Assembly (NCBI GenBank): GCA_951406725.2
Contig: OX597824.1
Span: forward strand, 94,116,001-94,180,000
DNA: 64,000 nt
Reading direction: 5' to 3'
Source of the DNA: Octopus vulgaris
Taxonomy: Eukaryota
The notes under the pieces are model-generated. The model was given only the letters and a program-made list of their open reading frames with translations. It was not told the DNA's origin and made no database searches. Numbering within the stretch: the first letter of the stretch is position 1; every line of letters begins with the position of its first letter. Of the stretch, positions 26,877-41,028 are shown piece by piece. A program made the translations under genes and the position numbers.

Positions 26877-27149
26877 ATGGTTATGGTATAGTCTGTTAAG
26901 AGCGTAGCAGAGTTCAGTATAAAGCCTGTCCACCTTCAGATTTACCCTGTGCTACCCTGTATTGTACGTACATCCAGGTTTGAATTTGGGTATCTTTCAT
27001 GTGTGAATAGATAATTGTAAAATATAATAGGTCTGTGTGTGTATATATATATGTGTATATATATACGTCCATTTAAATTTTTGTATATGATATAAGTATA
27101 TATATATATAGCATACATATATATATATATATATATATATTCCCCGCTG

Positions 27150-27242
<93 letters not shown>

Positions 27243-27261
27243 CATACATTTATATATATTC

Positions 27262-27905
27262 CGTCATGCAATTTACAATGTTTAATATCTACTGTAAAAT
27301 TGAATGGAAACACAATGAAATATAAAATAAAATAAAATAATAAAAAAGAATGTATTTAGTGAAAGTAGAATAAACACCGAAGAAGACAACGGAATTTTTG
27401 AGAATCGAATTAAAACAGACACTTGAAAAATACAGCGGGGAATAGGTTTTTTTTTCCTTCCTGAAACAGAAAATCTCGTAAAAATAACACAATTTATACT
27501 TTTGTTTATGTTTTCTTATGAATTTTAATTCTGTAATTGTAAATCAAAATATTCGAAATTCTATTTCTGTGTTTATCATAATTGTTTGGGTTTTTTTTTT
27601 CAATTTTTTGGGGGTTTTTTTAATGTCTTTTTGTTGTTTTTGATTTTTTTTCCTTCGTGTGTAATAATATTTGTTTTTTTGTTGGTCTTTTTTTTTCCTT
27701 TTGCAAAAGTGTTAGTTTTTACTGTAATAAAAATTAAAACAAACATTTTTATATATTATATTAAATTTATCGTATACGACCGTATGTACATCATATACAC
27801 GCACACATACACACACACACATATACATACATACAAACATACTTATATATATATATATGTATGTATGTATATATATGTATATATATATATATATTTATCT
27901 ATATA

Positions 27906-27937
<32 letters not shown>

Positions 27938-28633
27938 CAAAAAGCAATCTTGATATCCAACTTAACGTGGATGTATAGTTCGAGTACCCAATATTGCGAT
28001 ATTGATATTGAAAGCATCTCTAATATACAGGTATGGGCAAAAGCACACATATATAAAACACTGGCAGAGGAGATTTGCCCGCTATGGCCGCCGAAATTGC
28101 AAGATCCCGTGATTTCAACGTGACCCATCTCTTCAGTGGTAGACATCCGGTAGCCGCATATAGCGAAGTCTTATTGAGGAGTTTGTATCAAACGGTACAA
28201 TGAAAAGTTTGTCCCGAACGGAATATGAAATCCAGATTTGAACATGTTTCTCAAACTTGAGCTTCTCTATCTCTAGCAATAATTTGGTCTAACAGGTCTT
28301 GCGATATCATGTATTTGACTTAAACGGAAAGAAGTTACGTAATTAATTAAATGAATCCATATTCCGATGACTGTTATGGTAAGGGAATTCTGAGACGGAG
28401 AAACGAAATGCTATTTTCGGGCGTTTATGTTTATGAGCGGGATTGGGTCACGGATGGACTGTTTTTTCTGTCTGTTGGCCGAAAATGCAGCACGAGAGTC
28501 TGTGAGAACAAAAAACGTGTTCAACGTGTTCAATTCGTCTTTCCTTGGACGTTTTTAAAGAAAACTTAAACTGGTTGATGAAGCGATTCGTGCGATTGAC
28601 TTAACACGATCAGCTTGTAACCTCATTATTTGC
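27262..28633 (-). other. Candidate terminal exon and 3' UTR of an unidentified minus-strand gene
   Basis: Strong acceptor cttttcttcctgtctttattcattacag|GCAAATAA (exon starts 28633). All frames stop within 27 codons. About 1.4 kb SINE-free, A/U-rich distally, ATTAAA at 27286-27281. Confidence 0.55.
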
Positions 28634-29268
28634 CTGTAATGAATAAAGACAGGAAGAAAAGTTATAAGAGAGTAAGGGGCTCACGACCAGCATGTACAAT
28701 TTTCACGACTCATGTCAGTTCATAAGAGATGAGATAGCCACGTTTACGTTACGTACAGGACAAACTTCGTACATTTGTAAGCCATATACACATACATAAG
28801 GAAAACAAGGCGTTGAGAGATAAAGACAATATATTTAAGTAAATACACAGTAAAACTGAAACAATATATAAATGCTGATTGACTGACATTGGAATAAATA
28901 AATTTACGGTAAAAGTCACATAAACAGACATAAATCGATTGATAAATTGATAAATGTTTTTGTTTACATGAAGACCTATAGATACTGATAGTGATATGAT
29001 TTGACACCATGCAATAAACAGAATAACTAGGGAATAATCTGTATATCTTTTCTTGAGCGTAACTCTTCTGAAATATTTAAAAGTACGTGTATTTTGTTGT
29101 TATTTTGAAGATGGTCATGGAATACATACTATACATTTAGCGACAACTTTCAGGAAAAGATAGCATGATAAGGCATGTAAAAAAAAAAACCAACAATGGC
29201 GTAGAAACATTTCAGTGAAGAAACAGACTGAAAGAAGCAGACGACACATCTGCGAAGCCATTCATTGC

Positions 29269-29269
<1 letters not shown>

Positions 29270-29353
<84 letters not shown>

Positions 29354-29490
29354 GAGGAGGAGGAGGAGGAGGAGGAGGAGGAGGGGAAGAAGCGGCAAGA
29401 GGAGAGGAGGAGGAATGGGAGGAGGGGGCAGGAGGAGGAGGAGGAGGAGGAGGAAGGGGAATGGGAGAAGGAGGAAGGAGAGGAGGAGGA
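29270..29490. repeat. (TAG)n followed by (GAG)n
   Basis: Direct read. Confidence 0.95.
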
Positions 29491-29961
29491 ATCTCTTGTA
29501 GAGTGAAAGGGATAAAAAATATATTATGAAAGAGTGATATAGCTATGTATGCATTTATGCATGTATTTACATATATCTATGTATACATATATATGTGTGT
29601 GTGTGAGTGTGTGTACGTGTGTGTGTGTGTCTGTGTGTACGTGTGTGTGTGCGTGTGTACGTGTGTGTGCGTACGAGCGTGTTTTTTTGTTGTACTAGTA
29701 GTAGTAGTAGTAACAGAATGCAGAAAACATTTCTGGTACTTTATGCTGTGTATAATATACACTCGTTTTGTTAAATCAACTGCTTGCAATAAATATTAAG
29801 TGTAAAGTGTGGTTCGTACAACTGAAACGGAAATTTGCTTAAGGGTCTTGCACCCCAGTGTGTGTATATACGTGTGTCTGTGTGTGTGTGTGTGTGTGTG
29901 TGTAAAGATAAATAGGTATGTGGGTGTGAAATTTAAATATAGATATGTATATAGATAGATA

Positions 29962-30196
29962 TTTATTTCTTTACTACCCACAAGGGGCTAAACACAGAGG
30001 AGACAAACAAGGACAGACAAACGGATTAAGTCGATTACATCGACCCCAGTGCGTAACTGGTACTTAATTTATCGACCCCGGAAGGATGAAAGGCAAAGTC
30101 GACCTCGGCGGAATTTGAACTCGGAACGTAACGGCAGACGAAATACGGCAACGCATTTCGCTCGGCGTGCTAACGTTTCTGCCAGCTCGCCGCCTT
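29962..30196 (-). mobile_element. SINE family A monomer (tail A), young
   Basis: Near-identical to the monomers at 12317-12548 and 25333-25566. Confidence 0.93.
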
Positions 30197-30217
30197 CAAT
30201 ACAGGTAGATAGATATT

Positions 30218-30436
30218 GCTTACCAACCACATGGTTCCGGGTTCAGTCCCACTGCGTGGTACCTTGGCAAGTGTCTTCTACTATAGCCTCGGGCCAACCA
30301 AAGCCTTCCGAGTGGATTTGGTAGACGGAAACTGAAAGTCGACCTCGGTGGAATTTGAACTCAGAACGTAACGGCAGACGAAATTCCGCTAAGCATTTCG
30401 CCCGGCATGCTAACGTTTCTGCCAGATCGCCGCCTT
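30218..30436. mobile_element. Family B 5' half (+) fused to family A 5' half (-)
   Basis: ...ggtagacggaaactg AAAG tcgacctcggtggaatttgaac...; AAAG is shared at 30335-30338. Confidence 0.85.
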
Positions 30437-30845
30437 GGATTATCATAATATTGATTAAATACTATATGAGACTGCTTGTTAATTATCAACAGTCACGTAG
30501 TATCGATTAAACATAACATTTTGAAGTTATTTTAAAAGACACACAATGCCATCATAGATAAATTAACAATCTGCATCGCTGGAATTATCGTTTTGAAGTT
30601 CAAATGTATTCCTCTTGCGACCTCTTGTACTTGTAACCATTCCTAATTTGTAAAAAGATGTTGATGTTTATCTGATGCATATTCGAAATATCACGCTCAA
30701 AAACCATTCCAGAATTAAATGTCATACGAAAATAGAATCACTCTGTCATACACATGTATGTAATTATGTATAAGTATATATCTATATGTGTATATATATG
30801 AGTGTGTGTGTGTATGTGTGTGTGTGTGTGTTGGTGTGTGTGTTG

Positions 30846-30897
<52 letters not shown>

Positions 30898-30899
30898 TT

Positions 30900-31042
<143 letters not shown>

Positions 31043-31165
31043 AAAAGGCGTAAGACAATGGTTTAAGAATATCTCAACTTAATTATAACATAGAAATTTA
31101 ATACGGAAGCGATATGAATTATGAATAATATACGTACATTATTTACTTAAATATGTCCTTTTAGA

Positions 31166-31240
<75 letters not shown>

Positions 31241-31304
31241 CATTATTATTGTTATTATTATTATTATTATTATTATGATTATTATTTTTATTATTATTAT
31301 TATG

Positions 31305-31349
<45 letters not shown>

Positions 31350-31487
31350 TGATCAGATGAGAGATGAGAAGTGAGTGAATAGATATTTATTCCATTAGTT
31401 GACAGCTGTTTCACAATCCATGTTAGTTACATAATCGAATCTATATCACCCGTCACACACAAAGAAATAAATATACAAATGAATGTT

Positions 31488-31536
<49 letters not shown>

Positions 31537-31592
31537 GATGTATATATATATATATAAGAGAAAAGTACACGATAGACAGACAGACATACAGC

Positions 31593-31675
<83 letters not shown>

Positions 31676-32732
31676 GAAGGTAGGTAGATAGATAGAAACA
31701 CAGGTATAAACACATCTCTATTTCATGATCTCTTCAATCATTAACGCAAATGCGCTTTCACCTTTCAATATATATCTTTATTTATGTCAATCAATCAGGA
31801 AGAATTTCAGGAAATCAGGAAACTGGGATAGCTTCATTGTCTAAATATTTATTTATCATTTATTTATCATTCTAAATAGTGAAGTTTATATTATTTGTAT
31901 TGTTTTCAAAACTCTACATTGAGAGTTCACATTCATACTACGGCTGATTCCAGATTCCATTTTGGCTGTATAATTTGTATATTGTGACAAAATAAGGGGT
32001 TTGACTTTCTTCGTGAAGCATAATTATGATTCGTTTCGGTCCTCAGCTTGGTGTCAGGCTGGGGCATCGCGTTGATGGGCTTTGTAGAACAAACCGAATC
32101 AAGTGCATATTTTAGTTATGTTTTATGAAATAGGCGTCAAGTATTAACCAATACTTTCTCGGAGAAACGCTACAGTGGCATCAAACCTTGGTTAGGACAA
32201 AGATCATAAACAAAAGAAAGTGGATTCCTCTCACCTGAACACCTTTGATAAAGTTGTTTTTAAAGCGAATTACTTCTCTCATACTACAGTCAAGATGCAG
32301 GATATTTTATTGCATTAATAAATACAAAGTTTGTACATTACTGCATAACGATTTGTTTTATCAATATAAACGTGCTTTAAATGTAACGTTAGTTAGCAAC
32401 TATCGCTATATTTTGCAGATAGAATTGACAGTATGGGACGTTGATTATAACACAATGTTTAATGATGCGGAGACTTATTTAGTAGATTCTGGGATTAGGT
32501 GTGAGTTTCATTTGTAGTACACCGGATTAGCGTCAGGTGTTCTTTGATGATTTTCTAATTCACGTGTAGTGAAGATTAAGTTTTTAATCTTAGTTTCTAT
32601 ATTTTAATCGTTTGAGGCATTAGACGTCGATTATGCTCCTGATCGTATATATATGTATATATATATATTATATGTGTGTATATATGTCTACATACTTACA
32701 TATACACATACACATACACATATATATATATA

Positions 32733-32897
32733 CGACGGGCTTCTTTCAGTTTCTATTTACGAAATCTACCCACAAAGCTTTGATTAGCACGAGGCTATGG
32801 TAGAAGTCACCCGCCCAAGGTGCCAAGCAATGAGACTGAACTTGGAACCGTGTGGTTGGAGAGCAATCTTCTTACCACAGATCCACGCCTCCACCTA
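32733..32897 (-). mobile_element. SINE family B 5' module
   Basis: cgacgggcttctttcagttt...cccaaggtgcca...cttcttaccaca. Confidence 0.85.
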
Positions 32898-32928
32898 ATA
32901 AACGAAAAATCTTTCCTTAATGAGTTTG

Positions 32929-33321
32929 TTAAACGTTTAGTTTATTAGCGAATATGAATTCAACATAACGATGAAGATCGCATTCGACCCCAGGCAATGT
33001 CTTTTTATAGTGCGAAAGCAACATACCTTCCGAGATAGGGATGATTTCATTCAAATTTTCGACTCCTATCCTTGCTTCAAATACGCCGCCATTCAATTTG
33101 TCGTCATACTGGATAATAAATTTCCTTTCCCACACTATTTCGAATTCCTTTTCCAGATCTTTTATAAATCCTTGTGCAAAATACACAACTTTCAGAAGCA
33201 ATTTCTCAGTAATAGCATCTTAATAATCAGTATATCCAATTGTACGAATTTTGATTCTTGTACTATTATGCGTTCTTTCAGAATTGTAGCATTGGTAATA
33301 ATTTGGTTTTACAGAACGATC
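32929..33321 (-). pseudogene. Unidentified protein-like reading frame with one internal stop
   Basis: DRSVKPNYYQ...GYTDY*DAITEKLLLKVVYFAQGFIKDLEKEFEIVWERKF...NGGVFEARIG...KLNV*. Complex, non-repetitive composition; no family recognised. Confidence 0.3.
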
Positions 33322-33896
33322 TCATGTAGTCTAGGTTTGAGCTGTTCTGTTCTTATATTTTTATTTCAAACGCTAACATCACATTTGATGTGGTTAACAG
33401 TGCGCATTCAGAGTTTCGATATACGAAGACTCAGGTGGTTAGCACATTTCTTCTGCAGACACTGTAGCGGGCAAAATACAAAACTGAAATTTGTATTGAA
33501 ATATTGTGTCTATCAAATAACATTTTATTGCAACCGTTTAAAAAGGAATCCGTTTTAATAATTGGAAATCTACAATGTTCAAATACAGACAACACTTTAC
33601 AGAATGAATAAAGAAAATGAAAAAAATTGAGACCGTATTTTCGTACAATATTATAGGAAGTATATTCAAACGAATACGATCGCAGTTTATCGCATGCAAT
33701 CACAAGCAGCTATAGGAGAATCGACAAAAATATTATCAACGAAACACAACTTTTTCCCAATAGTCCGTACATCACCTTTAAAGATCCTAAATCTAACTTG
33801 CAAGGGAAACTATCACTAGGCAACGTTTACTACTCGAAATGTGATACTGGTGTTGTAAGTATTGAAACAAAACTAGATGGAACAGTTCCAAAATTC

Positions 33897-33947
<51 letters not shown>

Positions 33948-34213
33948 TAATAAGCACTACAAAGAAATGAATAGAAAACATCCCTTGCCTCATTTTCTGC
34001 TATTGTATATGTTTATAGTTTTGCATTGTCTCATTGTGTATGTATATATCTGTGTGTATGTATGTGTGTGTGTATGTGTGTATGTGTGTGTGCGTGAATG
34101 CCTACGTGTGTGTGTGTGTCTGTGTCTCTGCATGGCTGTATGTATATATGCAGAGAGAGAGAGAGGGGGAAGAGGTGGTTGGAGAGAAAGACAGAAGTTT
34201 ATTCTAGAAGTTT

Positions 34214-34830
34214 AGTGGCTGTGTGGTAAGTAGCTTGCTAACCAACCACATGGTTCCGGGTTCAATCCCACTGCGTGGCACCTTGGGCAAGTGTCTTCTA
34301 CTATAGCCTCGGGCCGACCAAAGCCTTGTGAGTGGATTTGGTAGATGGAAACTGAAAGAAGCCCGTCGTATATATGTATATATATATATATGTGTGTGTG
34401 TGCGTGTATGTTTGTGTTTGTCCCCTAGCATTGCTTGACAACCGATGCTGGTGTGTTTATGTCCCCGTCACTTAGCGGTTCGGCAAAAGAGACCGATAGA
34501 ATAAGTACTGGGCTTACAATGAATAAGTCCCGGGGTTGAGTTGCTCGATTAAAGGCGGTGCTCCAGCATGGCCGCAGTCAAATGACTGAAACAAGTAAAA
34601 GAGTAAAGAGTAAAGAGAGAGAGTACCCATATATAAATATATTATATATATACATATATATCATATATAGGCGCAGGCGTGGCTATGTGGTAAGTAGCTT
34701 GTTTACCACATGGTTCCGGGTTCAGTCCCACTGCGTGGCACCTTGGGCAAGTATTTTCTACTATAGCCACGGGCCAACCAAAGCCTTGTGAATGGATTTG
34801 GTTGACGGAAAGTGAAAGAAGCCCGTCGTA

Positions 34831-34895
<65 letters not shown>

Positions 34896-35108
34896 CGTGT
34901 GTGTGTTTGTGTGTCTGTGTTTGTCCCCTAGCATTGCTTGACAACCAATGCTGGTGTGTTTATGTCCCCGTTACTTAGCTGTTCGGCAAAAGAGAACGAT
35001 AGAATAAGTACTGGGCTTACAAAAGAATAAGTCCCGGGGTCGAGTTGCTCGAATAAAGGCGGTGCTCCAGCATGACCGCAGTCAAATGACTGAAACAAGT
35101 AAAAGAGA
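34214..35108 (+). mobile_element. Two tandem young SINE family B copies
   Basis: Copies at 34214-34618 and 34669-35108, each complete with internal microsatellite. Confidence 0.93.
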
Positions 35109-35193
35109 TATATAAAATAAATATATATGTATATACATACATACATGAATGCATACAAACACACATACATACATATGCATATCTCTCCCTCTT

Positions 35194-35248
<55 letters not shown>

Positions 35249-35620
35249 GTATACACACAAGCAAGCACGACTAATTGCAAGTTTGTACATGTTTAATCTA
35301 TTCTTGTGCATATTAGATTTCATATATGTGTGTATATATATATACGCAAACTGAAAGAAGCCCGTCGTATATATGTATATGTATATGTATATATATGTAT
35401 ATGTATATATATGTATATGTGTGTTTGTGTGTTTCAGAGATTGGGGGAGTGTTTGTACCAGTGTGTATCTGTGTATGTGTGTGTATACCTGTGTGCGTGT
35501 GTGTGTGTATCTGTGAGAGAGAGTATCTGTCTCTGTGACAAGAATCACGATGTGTCTATGCTTATTATCGCGAATTCCGACATTGTGTGCGTTAATAATC
35601 ACACGCAGACATACACACAT

Positions 35621-35710
<90 letters not shown>

Positions 35711-36007
35711 ACAAACACACACACACATAATCGCATTCAGATATGCATACCTAAATATATTCCTGTAAATTAATATAAATAAGTATAACCATATATACAC
35801 ATTTCGAATCCTTTTCCATGTTTTATATATATATATATATATATAAATATAAAGTTGAATTTCAGTTTTACATATTTCCGCAAAAATAATTGTGATGTGA
35901 GCAACCGTTGTTACAGTTCTATGACTTCTCTATAATTACTTGACTGCACGCATATATATACATATATACATATATGCATGTATATATGCATAAATATATG
36001 CATATAT

Positions 36008-36080
<73 letters not shown>

Positions 36081-36858
36081 GGGGTGGTTTCGTGTGCGTG
36101 TGTAGGCATTGGATACAGATATCACTATATAAAGTATTTACATCGTACTGTATATTTATATTTCATTATGTGCTTATGTATGCAGGAAGGTATGAATGTT
36201 GTATGTATGTATGTATGTATGTGTGTATGTATGCATGTATGTATGTATGTATGTATATCAGATACATCTACGTATGTGTGACGGTATGTAAATCCTGTTA
36301 TAGAGACCTCAATACCAATTTCGCTTAAGTCAATATATGTAATTTTATGTGTATATCTATACATATATATATATATTCATATATATGAATACTTCTAGAG
36401 GTATACATATCAATACATATATTTAGGCATTTGTACATATGTATATATATATATATACATATATATATAAATAAGTATATATATATATGTATATATACAT
36501 ATATATATAAGCATACATATATATGTATATATATATATATACATATATATATAGATATATGTATCCATATACACTAATATGCCAATCCATATGATATATG
36601 TGTGTGTGTGAGTATGTGTGTGTATGTATATATATATATAGCCATGCATATATACTTATGTATATATACGTTGCATATTTATATATATGTAAGTCAATAA
36701 TAATTTGTAGATATCTATTATAATTACATTCATAAGAAATTATAAATATACATTTATATATACTTATATATATATATATATATATTTACATGCATATCGT
36801 ATATATATACAATTTTCTAAGTGTGTATATATATATGTGTGTGTGTGTATGTGTGTGC

Positions 36859-36889
<31 letters not shown>

Positions 36890-36977
36890 CGCAAACAGAT
36901 AAATCTGCATATATACATATACATGTGCATAATTATATTTACATATATGAATATATATATATACATATGTATGTGTA

Positions 36978-37026
<49 letters not shown>

Positions 37027-37268
37027 GTATATATATCAATAAATGAATATAAACATATATATATACATATATATATATATATATTGAGATATAGAAAGAT
37101 AGAGAAACATTACATAGTATAATATATATTACGTTTATATATATATATAAACATATATATGCACATATATACATATACATATATACATATATATATACAT
37201 ATATATATACATAAATATATATATGCCAATATATATACACACACATATATATATGTCATATAGTATAC

Positions 37269-37324
<56 letters not shown>

Positions 37325-37406
37325 ATATATATATATACTAACACACACACACACTCACATGCAAACAGAATCACAAACATTATTATAATTCCTTTATTGT
37401 ATTTGC

Positions 37407-37459
37407 CTGAATAATTGGTGGCTGGATCTATTGCTGATGGTGTGCCGTAATTCATATCT
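37407..37459 (-). other. Candidate 53-nt exon
   Basis: Acceptor cttctgtctcgtacttttcaccgactgcag|AGATATG; ends CAG|GCAAAT (GC-type donor) followed by AATAAA. Reads [17 protein letters not shown] or [17 protein letters not shown]. Confidence 0.45.
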
Positions 37460-37584
37460 CTGCAGTCGGTGAAAAGTACGAGACAGAAGCGACAGCCGAT
37501 GCAGCAGGAGTTGTCGACGACCGGAAACTTGGCGATGTCAGACCGGCAGGTGGAGCCGCCGGAATAGAATGTAAATAAGCTTAC

Positions 37585-37622
37585 CTTTGTTCCGATGTAG
37601 TTGTAGTATGGGCGTGATAAAT
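37585..37622 (-). other. Candidate micro-exon with a strong donor but no canonical acceptor
   Basis: AAG|GTAAGC donor at 37584. Upstream T13-CAT-ATTTATCAC with no other AG for well over 100 nt. Confidence 0.35.
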
Positions 37623-37800
37623 ATGAAAAAAAAAAAAATAATGACAATAATAATGAACACAAATACACACACAAGCCAAGGTATACGTCCAATACACATG
37701 AATGTATAACACCGTTTTGTTAAACACGTATATATATATATATGTATATATACATGCATACATGCATATGTATATCTATGAGTATATATATGCGTATATA

Positions 37801-37857
<57 letters not shown>

Positions 37858-37929
37858 ATATATTTATATATACATATATATATATACATATATATATATG
37901 CATGTATATTTACATATATACATATAAGT

Positions 37930-37985
<56 letters not shown>

Positions 37986-38410
37986 GATACATATAGAGTG
38001 AGACATATATATAGATATATACATATAATATAGTTATATAATAAATATGCTTCGATATATATATACATATATGTATAACTCCAGATGTATATATAAATAT
38101 ATATGTAATATGTATATATATAAGAGACGATTTTTTATACATGAGTGTATAAATATATAGATACATACACGCATACATAAATATATATGCATATATATAT
38201 AATATGTCATTGATTATATATATATATATATAAGTGCGTGTGTGTTTTTATATATACAGATGTATGTGTATTTATGCAAAAAGCTTTCAATTTCTACCGC
38301 TCTTTATAAATTTATATTATTAAATAAAATACATATATATATACGTTTATATGTATGTGTATATACCTATATATAAATATATATATATATACGTATATAT
38401 ACAAATACAT

Positions 38411-38460
<50 letters not shown>

Positions 38461-38869
38461 TCATATATATATAAAAACGTAAGCATGCATATATGTATAT
38501 CTTCTCAGCGTGTAGTATATATATATATATTCATAATGTACATTTGTATGTGTGCGTGCGTTTATATAAGCATTCTTATTACAGTACTATACATATATTA
38601 ATATATGTGTTTATCATGCATATATATATATATATATATATATATAAGCTCATAGAAATATGTATATCATTAAACACATACAACTTTTTATACAAACACG
38701 CACGCACATATACAAATATATTATACATATATATATATGTATTCATCCATAAATATATATATATACACGTATATATATGCATATCCCTACGTCTAAATGT
38801 TTATGTATGTATGTATGTATTTATCTGTGTGTATCTCTCTCTGTTCACACACACTCTGTCTCTCTCCCC

Positions 38870-38905
<36 letters not shown>

Positions 38906-38957
38906 GTGTGTGTGTGGGTTTGTGTACTTATATATATATACATATATATAAATGTAG

Positions 38958-38992
<35 letters not shown>

Positions 38993-39014
38993 CATGTTTA
39001 TTGATATAAATATA

Positions 39015-39065
<51 letters not shown>

Positions 39066-39529
39066 ACATACATTAATGTATGTGGATGCATGTATATTTT
39101 TTTTCCTTTTCTTTTCATAAATAACAATTCCAACCTTCTGTAGCTTTCTATCAAAACCCTTTCAAGAAAATATTCCCAAAGGAAAACAATCATCATTTCC
39201 ATTGTTTCTTTCGCTATTATCTGGTCAAAATTTTAAAAAATGGGGTCACTACGGTCTCTTACCAAATGTACTTATCAACACACACACACACACTCACGTA
39301 GGCACACAAATACTCACATATCCACAGACATACATATATATATAAATACATACATATATATACATATATATATACATATGTACATATATATATATATGTA
39401 TATATGTATGTATGTACGTATGTATGTATGTATGTATATACATGCACACATAAAATATGTGTTTATATATGTGTGCATCTGTTTTGTGTTTTTTTATTCT
39501 CCAAACTTGCATAAAATATAATCACTCAC

Positions 39530-39585
39530 AGGTAGACAGGTAATTCCCCTTCAGGTGATCATTACAACAAAAACTTTCATATTTT
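39530..39585 (-). other. Weak candidate 56-nt exon
   Basis: ccatttcgtag|AAAATATG...ACCT|gtgagt. One open frame, KYESFCCNDHLKGNYLST. Confidence 0.25.
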
Positions 39586-39759
39586 CTACGAAATGGATTT
39601 TGCATAGAAAGTAACAGATATTGCGCAATGCAATAAAAATGTAAATTTTTTGTGCTCTCTATTTTTTTGTTCTCATTCTTAAACTAGCCAAGTGCATATA
39701 CTTATAAAATATATACATTTACAACCACACGTGTGTGTATACACATATATATATATACA

Positions 39760-39793
<34 letters not shown>

Positions 39794-39818
39794 TATATAT
39801 GTGTGTGTGTGCATATAC

Positions 39819-39862
<44 letters not shown>

Positions 39863-39919
39863 TATATATATAAGTATGCATTTATACACACATATATTTA
39901 TATTTAAAGATAGATACAT

Positions 39920-39980
<61 letters not shown>

Positions 39981-40122
39981 CATACATATATATATTCATG
40001 TATGCAGATGTGTACGTACGTGTGCATATATGTATGTAAAGTTTTGTGTGCATGTATGTATATGTTATCATGCACGTATGTTTGATATTCCTTTTTTGTC
40101 TAATATTTATTTCCGTGAATTT

Positions 40123-40249
<127 letters not shown>

Positions 40250-40398
40250 GTGAATATATATGCATGCATGCGTGCATGTATGTATGGATGTATTTAATGA
40301 GAATTCGTGGATACAGCATTCAGAATATAGAGAATATAGAGTCATATTTTTTTTATTTTTTTACTGAGCACAGTTATGTGATTTACTCAAGGGCTTAC

Positions 40399-40485
40399 AG
40401 CTTCGTGATGGTCAGCCATTAAAGTGATTGATGCGTTGCATACAGAAGCTTCCGCCCATTGAGTCACCACTGTGGCATTGCTCCG
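40399..40485 (-). other. Candidate 87-nt cassette exon
   Basis: ataatttttcag|CGGAGC...GAAGCT|gtaagc; a GC-richer island bounded by the splice signals. Phase 0 is open ([29 protein letters not shown]); the other phases end in ...HFNG* or GAMPQW*. Confidence 0.55.
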
Positions 40486-40506
40486 CTGAAAAATTATATT
40501 TATAGG

Positions 40507-40570
<64 letters not shown>

Positions 40571-40715
40571 TTTCTTAATTAGCCACAAAGGGCCAAACAT
40601 AGAGGGGACAAAATACAAAGTAGGGCTCTTCTTTTCGAAAGAAAGAAGAAGAAAATAGAAAAAAAAATTGATAGATACACATATATACATACGTTATATA
40701 TATATATATATATAC

Positions 40716-40778
<63 letters not shown>

Positions 40779-40964
40779 AAGATATTCGCGTGTGTGTGTG
40801 TGTGTGTGTGTACGTATAAACACGTGTATGTGTGTGCGAGTACATACATACACATATACATATATATACAAATGAAGATAGATAAATAAATAGATAGATC
40901 GATAGATAGATACGAAGAGAAGGATATAGACGGGGAGAGACAGAGACAGAGACAGGAAGAGGGA

Positions 40965-41028
<64 letters not shown>

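Noticed and set aside
26936-26998. miR-10-like words (taccctgt twice) as a possible pre-miRNA
   Set aside because: No full miR-10/miR-993 mature match, and the arms pair poorly.
40920-40927. U12-type donor ATATCCTT on the minus strand
   Set aside because: It lies inside a GA low-complexity repeat with no plausible upstream exon.
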